Assembly: GCF_009834535.1 (NCBI RefSeq)
Contig: NC_045697.1
Coordinates: forward strand, 33,482,001 to 33,546,000
Reading direction: 5' to 3'
DNA: 64,000 bases
DNA from: Camelus ferus
Lineage: Eukaryota
Shown here piece by piece: positions 1 to 12,890 of this stretch; the stretch's first letter is position 1, and the number at the start of each line of letters is the position of its first letter. Position numbers and translations under genes: made by a program. Below the pieces are notes generated by a model. That model did no database searches and was not told where the DNA came from. It saw only the letters and a program-made list of their open reading frames with translations.

Positions 1-360
1 AAAGAAAAAAAGAAGACACTAATGTACTCATCTACAAAACAGAAACAGTCTTGCAGACATAGTAAACAATCTTATGGTTACCGGGGGAAATGGGGTGGGA
101 AGGGATAAATCTGGGAGTTTGAGATTTGCAAATATTAACTACTATATACAAAAATAGATGAAAACAAATTTTTTCTGTATAGCACAGGGAACTATATTCA
201 ATATCTTATAATAACCTTTAATGAAAAACAATATGAAATCAAATATATAACTATATTTATATATATAACTGGGACACTTATTTATATATAATATATAACG
301 GGGACATTATGCTGTACACCAGAAATTGACATATTATAACTGAATATACTTCAAAAAAAA
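1..360 (+). mobile_element. LINE-1 3' UTR/terminus (cetartiodactyl/camelid-type), cut by window start
   Basis: Typical L1 3' UTR motifs (ctgtatagcacagggaactatattcaatatct; gctgtacaccagaaattgaca) ending in a poly(A) at ~353-361. Confidence 0.9.
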
Positions 361-439
361 AGAATTATTACTTACAATAAACTATATATATGTGGTTTCA
401 TCTGCATGTCAGGGCAAACATCTAATACCCAGCATCATT

Positions 440-636
440 ATTCTTCATATTGTTTTGTGAGTGACCCTCTGGTTCATGAGAGCCCCAGGCTCCTATTCCA
501 GTCCTTAGCTCAGGATGGCACATAGACCTCATTTTACCTTTTTATCTTTTAACCTCCCATGTACGTGGGGTCTCTGGCCCTATTGTATATGTGGGTTTCC
601 CATAGAAATAAAATTAAATTTGATTTTCTCCCATTA
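440..636 (+). mobile_element. ERV LTR 3' fragment (MER34-like)
   Basis: Ends ...aataaaattaaatttgattttctcccattaa, similar to the 3' part of the LTR at 62919-63458 (tttgattttctcctgttaa). Confidence 0.5.
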
Positions 637-3206
637 AAAATAATAATAATTTTGGACATGGTAAATTCAAATGTAGTAACCAGTAAGCATATGAAATCGA
701 TTTTATTTCAATTTGTTCTGACAGTGACCAAAGAATTTCACCTTTAAACAAGACATCAGCTAATGGCTGTCCTGGAAGGAAATGATGCTATCTTCAACAA
801 GATAGTAGATCTAGGCTTCAAAAATCCTACTATTAAAATGGAATATATCACATTTTTACCCTAATAGGTAAAATGGACTTTTGGCAAGAGCAATGGATAT
901 GCTCTAAGGAAATACTTGGTGAGGTTTAAAAGTGAAAGAAGCATCTTCATTAGCATTTGTTGAACACTGAGTCCTTGCTAAGAACTGTATGTGGCAAAGA
1001 ATTAATCATAGTCTAAATCTCGTGGGCTCAGGTGATAATGTTATTAATATTCACTTGTAAGTAGCTGCAGTTGTACTTACTAATAAAACCCCAAATGAAA
1101 TGCAGGTCATTCCTCCAGCAATCCCTACACTCAGTATCTCAGAATGTGTACATTCTGTATCTCCCAATTTAGGGAGCTCTGCAAGACAGAGCCGTGACCT
1201 GACACTTATCACAGAATTAGCAGAATCTTAACCCTCATCATGTCCAGCTGATAAACAGCCTTTTGTGAGCTGAACTCATGTTGCTTCTCTGCTAATTGTC
1301 CAGTTAGATTCATATGGCGTTGCTGAGCCTCTAAACAAATTAGGTTAATTGGAATCAGGAATGGATCAGCAACCTCGGTCCTCAATCTGTTTCGTGGTTC
1401 TCCTCAACTCATTACTTTCCTTCTTTCAACTCCTTGTACAACCAAAGTCCTGCTCATTCTCTCTGTCTGACTCTGTTGTGACTGTATCTTATTATAAAAG
1501 TGATTCAAAATGAATTATTTGGGGAACAAGCGGCAAATCACAACTCAACAGCGTCAACAGAATCAACACCTTTAAGATGCACCTTGTGAATGTTAATTTC
1601 ATGTGATTTTCCAAGTATGTGTGTAATCCTTCAGGACTTTTCATCTTGTTATTTGAGGTCCTCTTTTGATAGAATAGAACCTGGTCCTGAAAAGGACCTT
1701 AACATGTCCATCTGATCTAGCTCCTAGTCAGAGATTATATTAAATCCACTTTACAGGTTAAGAAACCCTTAATGGGATAAGAGAATTTCCTAATTTTCCA
1801 TAATTAGGGCATTAGTATTTTGGTCTTCTGCTTCATAATTTATTGAGTTTCAGCTATGACACGTTCCCTCCATACTATTTCTAATAGCTAATATTTATTA
1901 AATGATCACTATGCTCCAAAAAATGGTGAAGTGTTTTACAATGCATTACATTAATGAATGCTTACAAGCTTTAATTCCATTTCAGAAGAAGAAAACACCC
2001 TTCATTGAATTAGCCTGATTGCAAAGTCCCTACTACATATTCAATAACAGCTATTTAACAGAAAGAATCTGTAAACAATTTCAGAATTCACCTCCTACCA
2101 CTTACCTCTCTGAATTAAAATTGGAACTTTGAGAGATAGCTCAGTGATTTAGGAAAATGGTGTACATCCCGTTCAGACTCTGGCAATGAGGAAAAGTGAG
2201 CCCTAATACCCATCAGAATCCCACTGAAGAGTATGTTCTTGCCATCCCAGATTCATAAAAAAATAGAAGTAATAACAATGTACATAAGGATGAGGATTCT
2301 TTTATTAACTTCAGAAATGAGAACTTTACAAGTTTTAAGGTACTTAGGATTCAGTTGGTCTTCTTGGTGGGAAAAGAGGCAACTACATACACAATGAATT
2401 CCATAATAACCACGTGTTGGGGCTCCGTATACCGTCAAGACTCCTCTTTCGACACCGTGACATCCCATCCTCTCACTGTTCTCTTGACACTTCTCTGTAT
2501 CCTTCTCTAACATCTCTCCCCAAACTCCCTGCAAGCCCCGATCCCCTTGTTCTTCTCAAGGGTGTTAAATTAATAAGCAGAGATATGAAAGTGTCAGCCC
2601 ATGTATCTTCTCTGCCCCTTGCCATTTTCCTTTCCACTACACCCTGATTCCTGATCGAGAGGAACTCCAGAAGGAATGGAGTGATATTTGCCACACAGAG
2701 CCCCAGAGGTGGGTTTCTTATGTAATTATTTCTGATGTTTTTCCAGCATGTAAAACTGCATAAAATGCCAAGCAAGTTTACTTGTTTATTTATCCTTGAA
2801 TACATTTTATCATCTTCCTGACCAAATAATTCAATTATTATTCATTTTTTGAAAAACTTTTAAGCTAAAATTATGACATTATTAGGGGACTTAAAAGATG
2901 CTCAATTGACTATGTGCCAAAGGTGAAATTTTTAAACCTTCTGACCATTTTAAGGCCTGACTCTCAAAGCTTGTGTGCAAAAGAATGAACTGAGACTGTT
3001 ATTAAAATTGTAGAAATTTCTGAATCCCACAACCAAGAGTTTTAATTAGGGTGGTTTACATCTGATAGCATCAATCTTTTTAATGCATTTGAGAGTTTTT
3101 ATTTATAGAGAAGACTTTTCATAAATATTTTGATTTTTAACACTAATAATGAGTTTATTGAAATAATGAATTCAGAAGTGCAGATTTCTCTTAAGACTTT
3201 AAAAAT

Positions 3207-4175
3207 AATTTTTGAAGTACAATTGACATATAATAAGTTGCATATGTTTAAACCGTATGTTTGATAAATACACGTGGGGATTTTTGATTAGATACCAGAC
3301 ATTGTAAATTTTACTTTTAGGATGCTTAATACATTTGTATTCCAATAAACTTCTTGAGCTTTGTTATGGGAAGCCACTAGGTAACTTGGAAGCAGTCTGA
3401 TCCTTTTAGATGTGCTTAAAGTTTGTTTGACAGAATCAGGGTATAGTCTAAGGACTAATTTTTCCCCAGTATTGATGCAAAAACCTTCTTAGTGATCTAC
3501 ACCATACCCTGTGATTTGCAAGGTTTTCCATTCTGGCTGTTGGGAGCAGTACTGTAATCGACCCTGTGTGAGTTCCAAGTATTATTGCCTCTAATCTTTT
3601 CAGATGACACTTCCTCAGCCTTGAACAGGTTTTGCACGTATTTGCACTGATCAGAACTCAGCTGAAAACTCCAGGGAGTCTCTCTCAGGGCGCCAGTTGT
3701 TCTTCCAGGCAGCACTTTTTTTTTTTTTTATTGAGTTATAGTCAGTTTACAATGTTGTGTCAATTTCCAGTGTAGAGCACAATTTTTCAGTTATACATGA
3801 ACATATATTCATTGTCGCATTCTTTTTTACTGTGAGCTACCACAAGATCTTCCAGGCAGCATTCTTTTCTCTAGTATTCTGCCCTGCAAAATGTAGCTGC
3901 TTTGGTCACCTTGGACTCCCAGTTGTGTCTCCTTAACCCAGGAAAAAGGCTTGGATGTGCTTCCCAATGCACAGCCTGGAAACTTTCTCCTGGAAGTAAC
4001 CTGGAGCAATCAATCACAGGGCTCACCTCACTGGTTTCTCATCTCAGGGCTCACTGTCCTTTGTCACCTAATGCCCAATTTCTTTACAACTGTTGTTTCA
4101 CATTGCTTGCCTCGTTTTTTAGTTGTTTCAGGCAAGAAAATACTTTTGATCCCTATTATGCCAACTCAGTTACAA
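3207..4175 (-). mobile_element. Ancient L1 (L1MC/L1MD-type): short 3' terminus next to 5'-region sequence
   Basis: tttttgaagtacaattgacatataataagttgcatatgttt resembles an antisense L1 3' end; 3280-4170 resembles the antisense 5' region of L1MC-type elements. Confidence 0.6.
3715..3847 (-). mobile_element. Short 5'-truncated young L1 3' end nested in the older L1
   Basis: Poly(T) followed by antisense L1 3' UTR, flanked by the 14-bp direct repeat tcttccaggcagca (3701-3714 and 3848-3861). Confidence 0.9.
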
Positions 4176-4379
4176 TTAAACTTCTTAAGTCAACTTACAA
4201 CCTTTTTCTCTAATTATAAATCCAGTGAGCATTTAACAATCACTTTAAAGGTGGCTTTTGATTAATATTTTGCCTAATTTGTAACTACATTTAACCAAAA
4301 CATTTCATCTACCTGTATCATTTTAAATATTCAATTTTTATCCATAATTCAGCTATCTCATTGAGAGCATTCTAAATGC

Positions 4380-4490
4380 AGATATGAAAGCATATTGGTG
4401 TGTTGTGCAGGGATTACAAAACTGGTTGATGTCCTAGGACTTCAGGATGATTGGGTGGGATCTTGAATGCCTGGAGCATTTGTGTCCATA
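4380..4490 (+). mobile_element. Possible L3/CR1 RT fragment
   Basis: Weak resemblance to CR1/L3 RT 3' region (gattacaaaactgg...cttgaatgcctggagcatt). Confidence 0.3.
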
Positions 4491-5978
4491 TGTGCATAAA
4501 ATGGAAAAGTTTGGCAAAAAACTCACCTAACAAAAATCTCAGAAATTCTTAAGCATTTCTTTCATACCTAATAAATCACACATAAATATAGTAAATATGA
4601 AACTTTCAAAATTATTCCCATGTTGTTCTCAAACAGTAGATTTACATTCTTATTTTCAAATTAAAATCTCAACGTATAATTAATTTCTTCCTTAAAGGCT
4701 TTAAATTGAAATTACAAGTTAGATACTCTAATATAACAAAAATAAATAAACAGTACAAGCACTTTAATTTACCAGAAAGTACACAGATTTTTTCTCTTAA
4801 CATAAAAGTGCTCATATTGCATGTTTGATTTGTTTTATCATATTAACCTTTGATAAAACACATTTATCCAATAAAGAAGCCAGTATACTTTCCCAAGCAA
4901 ACTGAGATTTTCATGTCTGAAAAATGAAGTTGTATAATGACTAAAGAAAGGTTTAGCAGGGAAGTGGGTTTCCTTCCCTTTCCTTTCTTTTCCTTTTTTC
5001 TCCCCAGACAAAGCTGGAAAATACTGAAATGCTCACTAAACAGATTCCATAGTTACAAAGGTGTGTGGATTTACAATCCTCATTCCTGAAATTCAAGTTA
5101 CACATTAATGTAATTAGTCTGTCAGACTTGAGTCATCCACCTACTCATCCAACTTTAGTTTTCCAGTTTTGCATATCTTTGGCTTTCTTTGAAACATTTT
5201 ATTTTCTTCAAATCTGTCTCTGAAGGCTCCAATATGACATGCCCTTTAATTGTTCATGCAATGCTTCTAAATTGTGAATTTTACAATCTGAACTATGTAG
5301 ATGGAATTCTCTATTCTATGCTTCTTTTTTTCAGGGTTTTTGTATGCTTAAAATTAGTTCCTATTCGATTTTCAGTGACACCTTGGCTTTGTCTGACTCT
5401 AGGATATTATACTAAAATTATACTGGCCACGGTCCCTAAGAAACAATGCATTTTGAAGAGTATTAACTAGCGATTCCAAATCTGATTTTCCTGATGTCTC
5501 ATGACTGTACTTCAAATCAAACATGCATTAAATCCTTAGAAATACTGCTGGTTTCATAGTGCAGTAATATGACTGACTACTTTTATATATTGAATATGTA
5601 TAGTTTTAATTAATTATCTTCATGACAGTTTGTATGAACAATTTTCAGCTGTAGTCAATATTGTATAAATACCTTAAACAATCTTTGTGAAACACAGATA
5701 ACCTCTCTTACAGTTATGAAAGATCAATAACAGTAAGGAAAGTGAATATTACATTCAAAAATCAACTAGGTTATAGTCACCTGCATCACACTAAACGTAA
5801 GCAGCAAGAATTAATGGGGCCCTGTGCTCAGCATCATATAGAAAAAGTCAACAGTATATTAACTAATGTGCCCTAATATTTACTTAGATTGCTTTTCCCT
5901 AAATAGAACTCAGAATTGTAGTAGTATCTGTAAAAGATGACTGAATATGGGTCTATGATTAAAAAATCAGTCTGGGCT

Positions 5979-6068
5979 CGGGGGAGTAACTCAGTGGTAG
6001 GGCACATGCTTAGCTTAACATGCATGAGGCCCTGGGATCAATCCCCAGTACCTCCACTTAAAAAAACC
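5979..6068 (+). mobile_element. tRNA-Ala-derived SINE (Vic-1-like, camelid)
   Basis: A-box-like taactcagtggtag, B-box-like gggatcaatcccc, A-rich tail, degenerate TSD aaaaatcagtctg / aaaagtcagtatg at a tt|aaaa site. Confidence 0.85.
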
Positions 6069-7129
6069 AAAAAGTCAGTATGTACTGACATTCATAGAGC
6101 ACAACCCAATTCCGAAAGGTGACTCCACGACATTCTTAATCATGCTTTCAAACATTAGAAAGCTCAGGTAATGAGTAGCTAATATAGCCACTAAAAATAA
6201 ATACCAAACTAGATTATCTCCTAGAGAGCTTTTCGCCTCTGTTGAACTTCATCCTCAAATACTCACAACGTCACCTAAAAAAGACTTGATTCACATTTTG
6301 ATGATTGATCATAGAAATGGCTGCAGATATTTTCAAGAATTGAAAAAAAACAGCTTGACTCTTCAGGCAATGTGTACATTGCATGTCTCCTCTTTCATGA
6401 ATTTTGCAACAGAGAAAATATTACTGAGGGAAATACATCTTGGAGTTTGGGGGGGATTAGAGTTGTTTTGTTTTATTTTAACTTATAATTCTTTTCTTTC
6501 CATCTTCATATAACTACCCCTCTCTCAGATGGGAAAAAAAAGTGCAGATGCACTTTCTCCTCTATCATTTCCAGCTATCTTATTTCTTCTATCATATTAT
6601 ATAATTCATATTATATCATATTCATTTCCATATCATTTCCTCTATTATATCCAGCACAAAGCAAGACAGTAGGAGCCTGAAATCAAATGAGGACTTAAAG
6701 ATATTTTATAGCTGTACGTTTAATGGAATTACAGATTTAACAAGCTATTCACTTTAATAATTAATATTTATCATGTTACAAATCTTTGTAAATAAAGTTC
6801 TTGGGTAACTTATAAGAAATTTATTATGGTAAGAACTCACAGTATACCAAATGTCTTGGCGTGTGTGTGTGCATGTATATTTTTCCTTAATTTTGAAAAT
6901 ATTAATTATTTTAACTTGATTCACCTGTCTGCCAAATTTTAGCTGAGTCTCTTCTATAGAAAGTACTCTGCAAGAATCTGTGATGTGAAGGGGTTAAAAA
7001 GTCAGTCACCTGCCTCAGGACCATCTTATCTAGAGAAGACAAGAGGAACAAATCTGGAAAACGTAAGAATAAAAGTAGTTTGTGATTAAATTCCAAATGA
7101 GTGGTAGAGTCATAATTCAGTTTTCTTTT

Positions 7130-7318
7130 TTATCCTATAGTTTGAACAAAATAGGTCACTGTAAAATAATTAATATTTAATAATTTAATAATTAATTAAA
7201 CTTACTTAGTTCATCGGGGGGTTATAAAGACAAAATATGAAAATGCTCACTAAGCCCTTAGTACTGTGCTTACTACACCTAGTAGGTATTCAATCAATAT
7301 TAGCTGTTATTGTTGTCA
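7130..7318 (+). mobile_element. MIR SINE 3' portion
   Basis: Ends ...tagtaggtattcaatcaatattagctgttattgtt, the characteristic MIR 3' end. Confidence 0.65.
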
Positions 7319-7883
7319 TTTTTATTTTATATTTTTCAAAAATCACATGTATATAAATGCATTTCTGAAAAGATGATTTTCCTAGAGAAGATCTGTAAAA
7401 TTTCTAGGTAATTCCTAAAGAGGAAATCTAAAAATGTGAGTATTGGCAGCATTGTCATAACAAGTGTGTTGCATTTCCCAGGCACCTGTTCAAAGGAGAG
7501 TGGTTTCTGTTAGTATTCGATACTTTTTAAAACATCTGAGGTAAGACTAAATTGTCTTGTCATTGTGCCTGAAAGCATTGGCGGGTTAACTTGACGTTTC
7601 TGTTGGGAGAGCTGGAATGTTAGTATAATATCCATCTAGTCCACGTCTAAGTCACTATCTCTAGTTCTAACCTGGGACTCTCTCTGAAATGCCAGGTCCC
7701 CAAATAATCTTCCTCGTCCTTCTTGCAAATCTGCTCCTTCATGTCTGGATACTAGACACAGCCATGCATCTAGCTCCACTTCAGGAACCCTAGAGTCATC
7801 TTAGATGTTTTACTGCCCCATGCCCTGTTTATCATCAAATCATGTCCACTCTGCTTATTTATCCACTCAAGAAATGTTACATG

Positions 7884-7990
7884 GGAGGGAAGGTATAGCT
7901 CAGTGGTAGTGTGCATGCTTAGCATGAATAAGGTCCTGGATTCAACCCCCAGCACCACCATTAAAAAAAGTAATAATTTAAAAATTTAAA
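7884..7990 (+). mobile_element. tRNA-Ala-derived SINE (Vic-1-like, camelid)
   Basis: ggtatagctcagtggtag...cttagcatg...ggtcctggattcaacccccagcacc plus A-rich tail; degenerate TSD aagaaatgttacatg (7869-7883) / aagaaacaatatatg (7991-8005). Confidence 0.88.
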
Positions 7991-8567
7991 AAGAAACAAT
8001 ATATGAGCACCAGCATTGTTCCAGATTTTTCTTCATTCATACTAGCAGAACTTTGATCAAAGTTCATCAAATGTACCACTATATACTCCTCATTAATGTC
8101 CCTTCTTTTCTTTTCCCTCATCCAGTATTCCCACGACACCACCACCTTTTTAGCATAAATACCATGTGCCTCGATGCCCTTCTTCACAGATCTCATGGAT
8201 GTTCATTCTTGAGAATTCAGCTTATGTCATTTCTTATGGTCTTTGTGGCTATACTATCAATGAAACTGCCATTTTGAATTGATTCTGTATGCAAGAATGG
8301 ATTATATTTAATATCTACACTCTCTTGTCTAGGCCCACTAGGACCAAACTGATATATCTTTTAGAACCTTGGCTCTGACTGGAAGAATTTTTTGAATTAA
8401 AAAATAATGTGAGTTTATACATGGTTTTGTTTAAATACTGTAGGAAGTAAATTGCATCTCAGAGTGATTTCACATAGAGATCATATAAATTCAATATGAC
8501 TAATTTTTTAACCAATATTTTTAACAAGACTAGGAAATAAGGATGACAAAATGCCTTTAGCTTAGAT

Positions 8568-8799
8568 TAAGGGTCCCAACCACTGCACTGTTGACATTTT
8601 GGAACAGATCATTTGTTGTGTGGATGGGGCGGGGAGGAGGCTTTCCTGTGTATTGGAGGATGTTTAGCAGCTTCCCTGGCCTCTACCTACCAAATCCCAA
8701 TAGCACTCCCTACCCCAATTGATAATAACCAAAATTGCTGGCAAACATTGCTAATGTCCCCTGGAGGAAAAATAAATCACTCCCACTTGAGAACCACTG
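8568..8799 (-). mobile_element. MER20 (hAT-Charlie MITE)
   Basis: Ends ttgagaaccactg with the internal MER20 pattern (ggatgtttagcagc...ggcctctacc); 8-bp TSD-like gcttagat / gtctagat. Confidence 0.9.
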
Positions 8800-9387
8800 G
8801 TCTAGATAGCCCCAATTCTCCAGGTTTCCGAGATCACCTGTTTCCTTGTAAGTATCATCAGGGCTCAACCCATTAAATATAAAGTTTACTTGGTAGTGGG
8901 GCTTTAAGTTGCTCCTGTTCCATCCACGTGGCAATCTAAGCCTGCACTCTTACGTGGCCCCTGTGATTGCCCCAGCTCTTAAGCTTGTTGACACTCACTT
9001 CTTCCATTCTAAGGCTAATGTGTTTGTCAGATTTTATAGGGTGTTAATATATATAGATATATAGATACAGATATAGATATATAAAGAATAATGACATCAA
9101 AAGGCAAGAAACAATTTTACATTCAACATCAATCATCACTGTGTCTGCAAAATTATGAGTATTTTCTCCATCAGGAATGTCTCAATATATCATTCTCTGT
9201 GCTTCTTCTAGCCCTCTGTTAATGATAGGTGCCTCATCTCATACTCAGGCCCTCCTCAGGTATTTCTCTTCCACGTTTTTCCTTTATTCTTTCTCCTCAC
9301 TTCACAATCTCAAAAATCTTACATTGCCAGGTAAACCAACTATGCTTTGATGCTTTTTCACATTCCCTCATTTGATGTACTTAACCA

Positions 9388-9411
9388 AAAAAAAAAAAAA
9401 AAAAAAAAAAA
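9388..9411. repeat. Poly(A) tract
   Basis: ~24 consecutive A. Confidence 0.95.
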
Positions 9412-9479
9412 GTCCATTGAGACCTATCATTGTGTTTTTCTAAAAATTACAACCAATTGACCTAGAGATGAATTATGGC

Positions 9480-9850
9480 CCTGCCCTAAATGTTTAAACA
9501 GCATCTCTCCCCATAGAACATTCCACTGAAACTCTTCACTTAACTTTTCTTTTCATCGTCCAGGTCTTATTTTAAATATAGTTTACGGGGTAACCTTATC
9601 TGACTCCCTGACCCCAAACAAAGTAATTCCCCAACTAGGCTAGTCTCTTTCCTAGCAGCCAGCCCTTTTACTTAGTTACTCTTATCAGAATCTGTAACTA
9701 CATATATATATGTGTGTCTAATTCTTTATTTATGTGTTTTTATTAATCTCTAGACTCTACGAACAAGCATACATTTGGTCTTTTCAACAATGCCCAGTGT
9801 CTAGTGCTTAATAAATGCATTTTTAATATGAAAGAAATGAATGAATGAAT
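9480..9850 (+). mobile_element. L2 3' fragment
   Basis: Ends gtgcttaataaat...aatgaatgaatgaat, the L2 3' tail. Confidence 0.65.
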
Positions 9851-10899
9851 TTTACAGAAGATTGCAGTGGAAAAGAAGGGTCCTGTAAAATATACTCAAA
9901 GATTAAATATAAGGTTTAGTACAGAATGAGTGGGCTTAGAATATGAATTAAATGAAGACATTTCTAAAGTGGCCTAGAGAAAGGAAGATGAAATAACCAT
10001 CCAAAGGAATTTCAACAGTGATACAGGTACCATCCCTTAACTGCAAAGAATGTGATGAAACCTGCAGTGCATGCTCTTTTCCTCTGTAATTAATTACTAG
10101 GTTAGAAATCCTTGTTAGTTCTAGTGAGATGTACAAGGGAGATTTCTATAATTACCTATTTAAAGAAGCAATGATAATTCTTTAAGAAATAGAAGTGATT
10201 GAAAATATAAACAATAATTCTGTATTGTGTAGACTCCCTCTGAAATTAGTGTTTAAAATTTTTCAAAATGTGAGTGAATGCGAAGGGTGAAAAGAGAGAG
10301 AGAGAAAGAAGGGAAGAGGCAGCCTCTTGGACTTGCCCTGCAGGGAAATTAGGCTGGGTAGAAGCCTCAGGCTCCCCCAGAGCCAGAAGAGATGACAGAT
10401 AAATGTGCAATAGGGCTTCTGTTCAAACACCCAGTCAACAGTATCCCCCTCTCACTAGTATGTTTCAGATAGCTCTGCCAACATAAATAAATAGATCAAA
10501 GTGAAACTCATTCCAAAAGAATCATTTAATTTCAACACCAAAAATTATGTCTTCTCTAAAGATAAATTTTCCTTCAGGAGCCCCCACATATATACACAAC
10601 ACAACATGGACATACAGGCACACACACACAGACACATACACTTTAACTCAGCAGTAGCTAACAGTGCCAGCTCAAGTTAAGCTTCGAAACATAGGCTACT
10701 GAAGCTACAAGTCTCTATAAGGGATTTTACTTGTTTTATACAATGCCCTCAACTCTTATTTTTAAAATGAGGAGAAATTGGGCCTCAAAAACTTGGAATC
10801 ACGTATGCAAGATCACTTGCCAAGACAAAGGACATGCTAGCATGAATTAGAATCCCAAGCTTCCAAATCCTTACACATTGTCTTCCTACCACCTCAGCC

Positions 10900-12446
10900 C
10901 TATTTCACAGAACTGGAATAATAATTCTAAACTTTGTATGGAACTACAAAAGAAACAGAATAGTTAAAACAACCTTGAGAAAGAAAAACAAAGCTAAAGG
11001 TATCATGGGCCCTGACTTCAAACTATACCGCAAAGCTATAGTAATCAAAACAGTATGGTACTAATATAAGGACACACAGATCAATAGAACAGAATTGAGA
11101 GCCCAGAAATACACCCACATATATATATATAGACAATTAATTTACAGCAAAGAAGCAAGGAACATACATTAGAGACAGGATAGTCTTTTCAATAAATGGT
11201 GCTGGGAAAACTGGACAGTCATATCCAAAAGAATGATACTAGACCACTATCTTATACCACATATAAAAATTAACTCAAAATAGATTACAGACTTGAAACA
11301 AAAAGATAACTAGAAGAAAAAATAGGTAGTAACTTCACTGATGTCAGTCTTAGCTATGTTTTTGTGGATTTGATTTCCAATGCAAGGGAAACAAAAGAAA
11401 AATAAACAAATAGAACTACATCAAACTAAAAATCTTCTGTACAGTGAAGAAAACCACTATTAAAACAATCTACTCAATGAGAGAAGATATTAGCAAATCA
11501 TGTATCCAAGGAGATAATATCCAAAATATATAAAGAACTCATAAAACTCAACAAAAACAAAAAACAAATAACCAAGTTTAAAAAAAAAGGGCAGAGGATC
11601 TGAGAAGACATTTTCCCAGAGAAGAAAAATAGATGGGCAACAGGCACATGTAAAGATGTTCAACATCATTAATTATTAGGGAAATGCAAATCAAAGCCAC
11701 AGTGAGATGTCACATTACACCTGTTAGAATGGCTATTATTGAAAAGAAAAAAAATAACAAATATTGGAGAGGACTTGGAGAAAAGGGAGCCCTTTACACT
11801 GTTGGTGGGAGTGCAAACTACTGCAGCTGCTATAAAAAACAGCATGGAGAGTCCTCAGAAATATGAGAATAGAACTGGCATACGATCCAGTTATTCCACT
11901 TCTGGGTATTCATTTGAAGAACATGAAGACACTAGTTCAAAAAGATACATGCATGCCAATGTTCATTGCAACTTTATTAACAATAGCTCAAGATATGGAA
12001 ACAACTTAAGTGCCCATAGATGGATGAATGAGCAAAAAAAAAAAAAGAGAGATGTGATTGATCTATCTATCTGTATGCACTATGGAATACTACTAAGCTA
12101 TAAAAAAGAATAAAATCCTGCTGTTTGTGATGACATGGATGGACCTAAATGCATTATGCTAAATGAAATAAGTCACACAGAGAAAGACAAATACAGTATG
12201 ATTTCATTCATATAGGAAATCTAAAAAAAAAAAGAATAAACAAAATATAACAAAAATAAATTCACAGATACAGAGCATAGACTAGGAGTTGCCAGAAGGA
12301 AAAAGGTTGGAGAGTGATCAAAATGGGTGAAGGGAGTCAACTATATGGTGTTGAATTACAACTAGACTTGTGGTGGTGATCACTTTGTAGTGTACACAGA
12401 TGTCAAATTACAATGTTGTACACCTGAAACTTATATAATAAAAAAA
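10900..12446 (+). mobile_element. 5'-truncated L1 (L1MA9-like): ORF2 C-terminus and 3' UTR, degraded
   Basis: ORF track gives [19 protein letters not shown]... (ORF2 C-terminal region), broken by frameshifts and stops; ends cacctgaaacttatataataaaaaaa. Confidence 0.92.
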
Positions 12447-12454
12447 GAATGTAT

Positions 12455-12890
12455 ATAGAACCACTATTCTTAATAGTCAAACATGGAAAAAAATACTCAG
12501 ATATCCATTAACAACTATTGGAAGCATATATTCATTGGAGAGTATTTGTTCAACTAAATCATACATAATGCATACATCACTCTTATATTCAACAACATAC
12601 ATTATGTTGAGTAAAATAAATTAGAAACAAATAAACACAAATAAAGTATTATTCCCTTTATATAAATTTCCAAAACAGGCACAATTAGTTTATGGTAATA
12701 AAAGTCTTGATAGTTTAATAGTGTTATCTTTGTCGGAGTTAATGACTGGAAAGGACTGTGAGGGTTGCTTCTGGGCTGATGTTAATGTTTTATATCTTAA
12801 ACTGAGTTTTCATTACATTGATGTGTTGATCACTTTGTAAAATTCACTGAATGCTATATTTAACATTTTCTCACCTAAATATATGTAAAA
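12455..12890 (+). mobile_element. Ancient L1 (L1ME-type) 3' UTR fragment
   Basis: ttccctttatataaatttccaaaacaggc...tgactggaaagg...ttctgggctgatgttaatgttttatatctt. Confidence 0.65.

Noticed and set aside
2653..2714. Peptide DREELQKEWSDICHTEPQ followed by ag|gtgggt as a coding exon
   Set aside because: No convincing acceptor placement and no recognisable protein match.
5979..7990. tRNA-Ala genes
   Set aside because: Mismatched stems, A-rich tails and TSDs indicate SINE copies.
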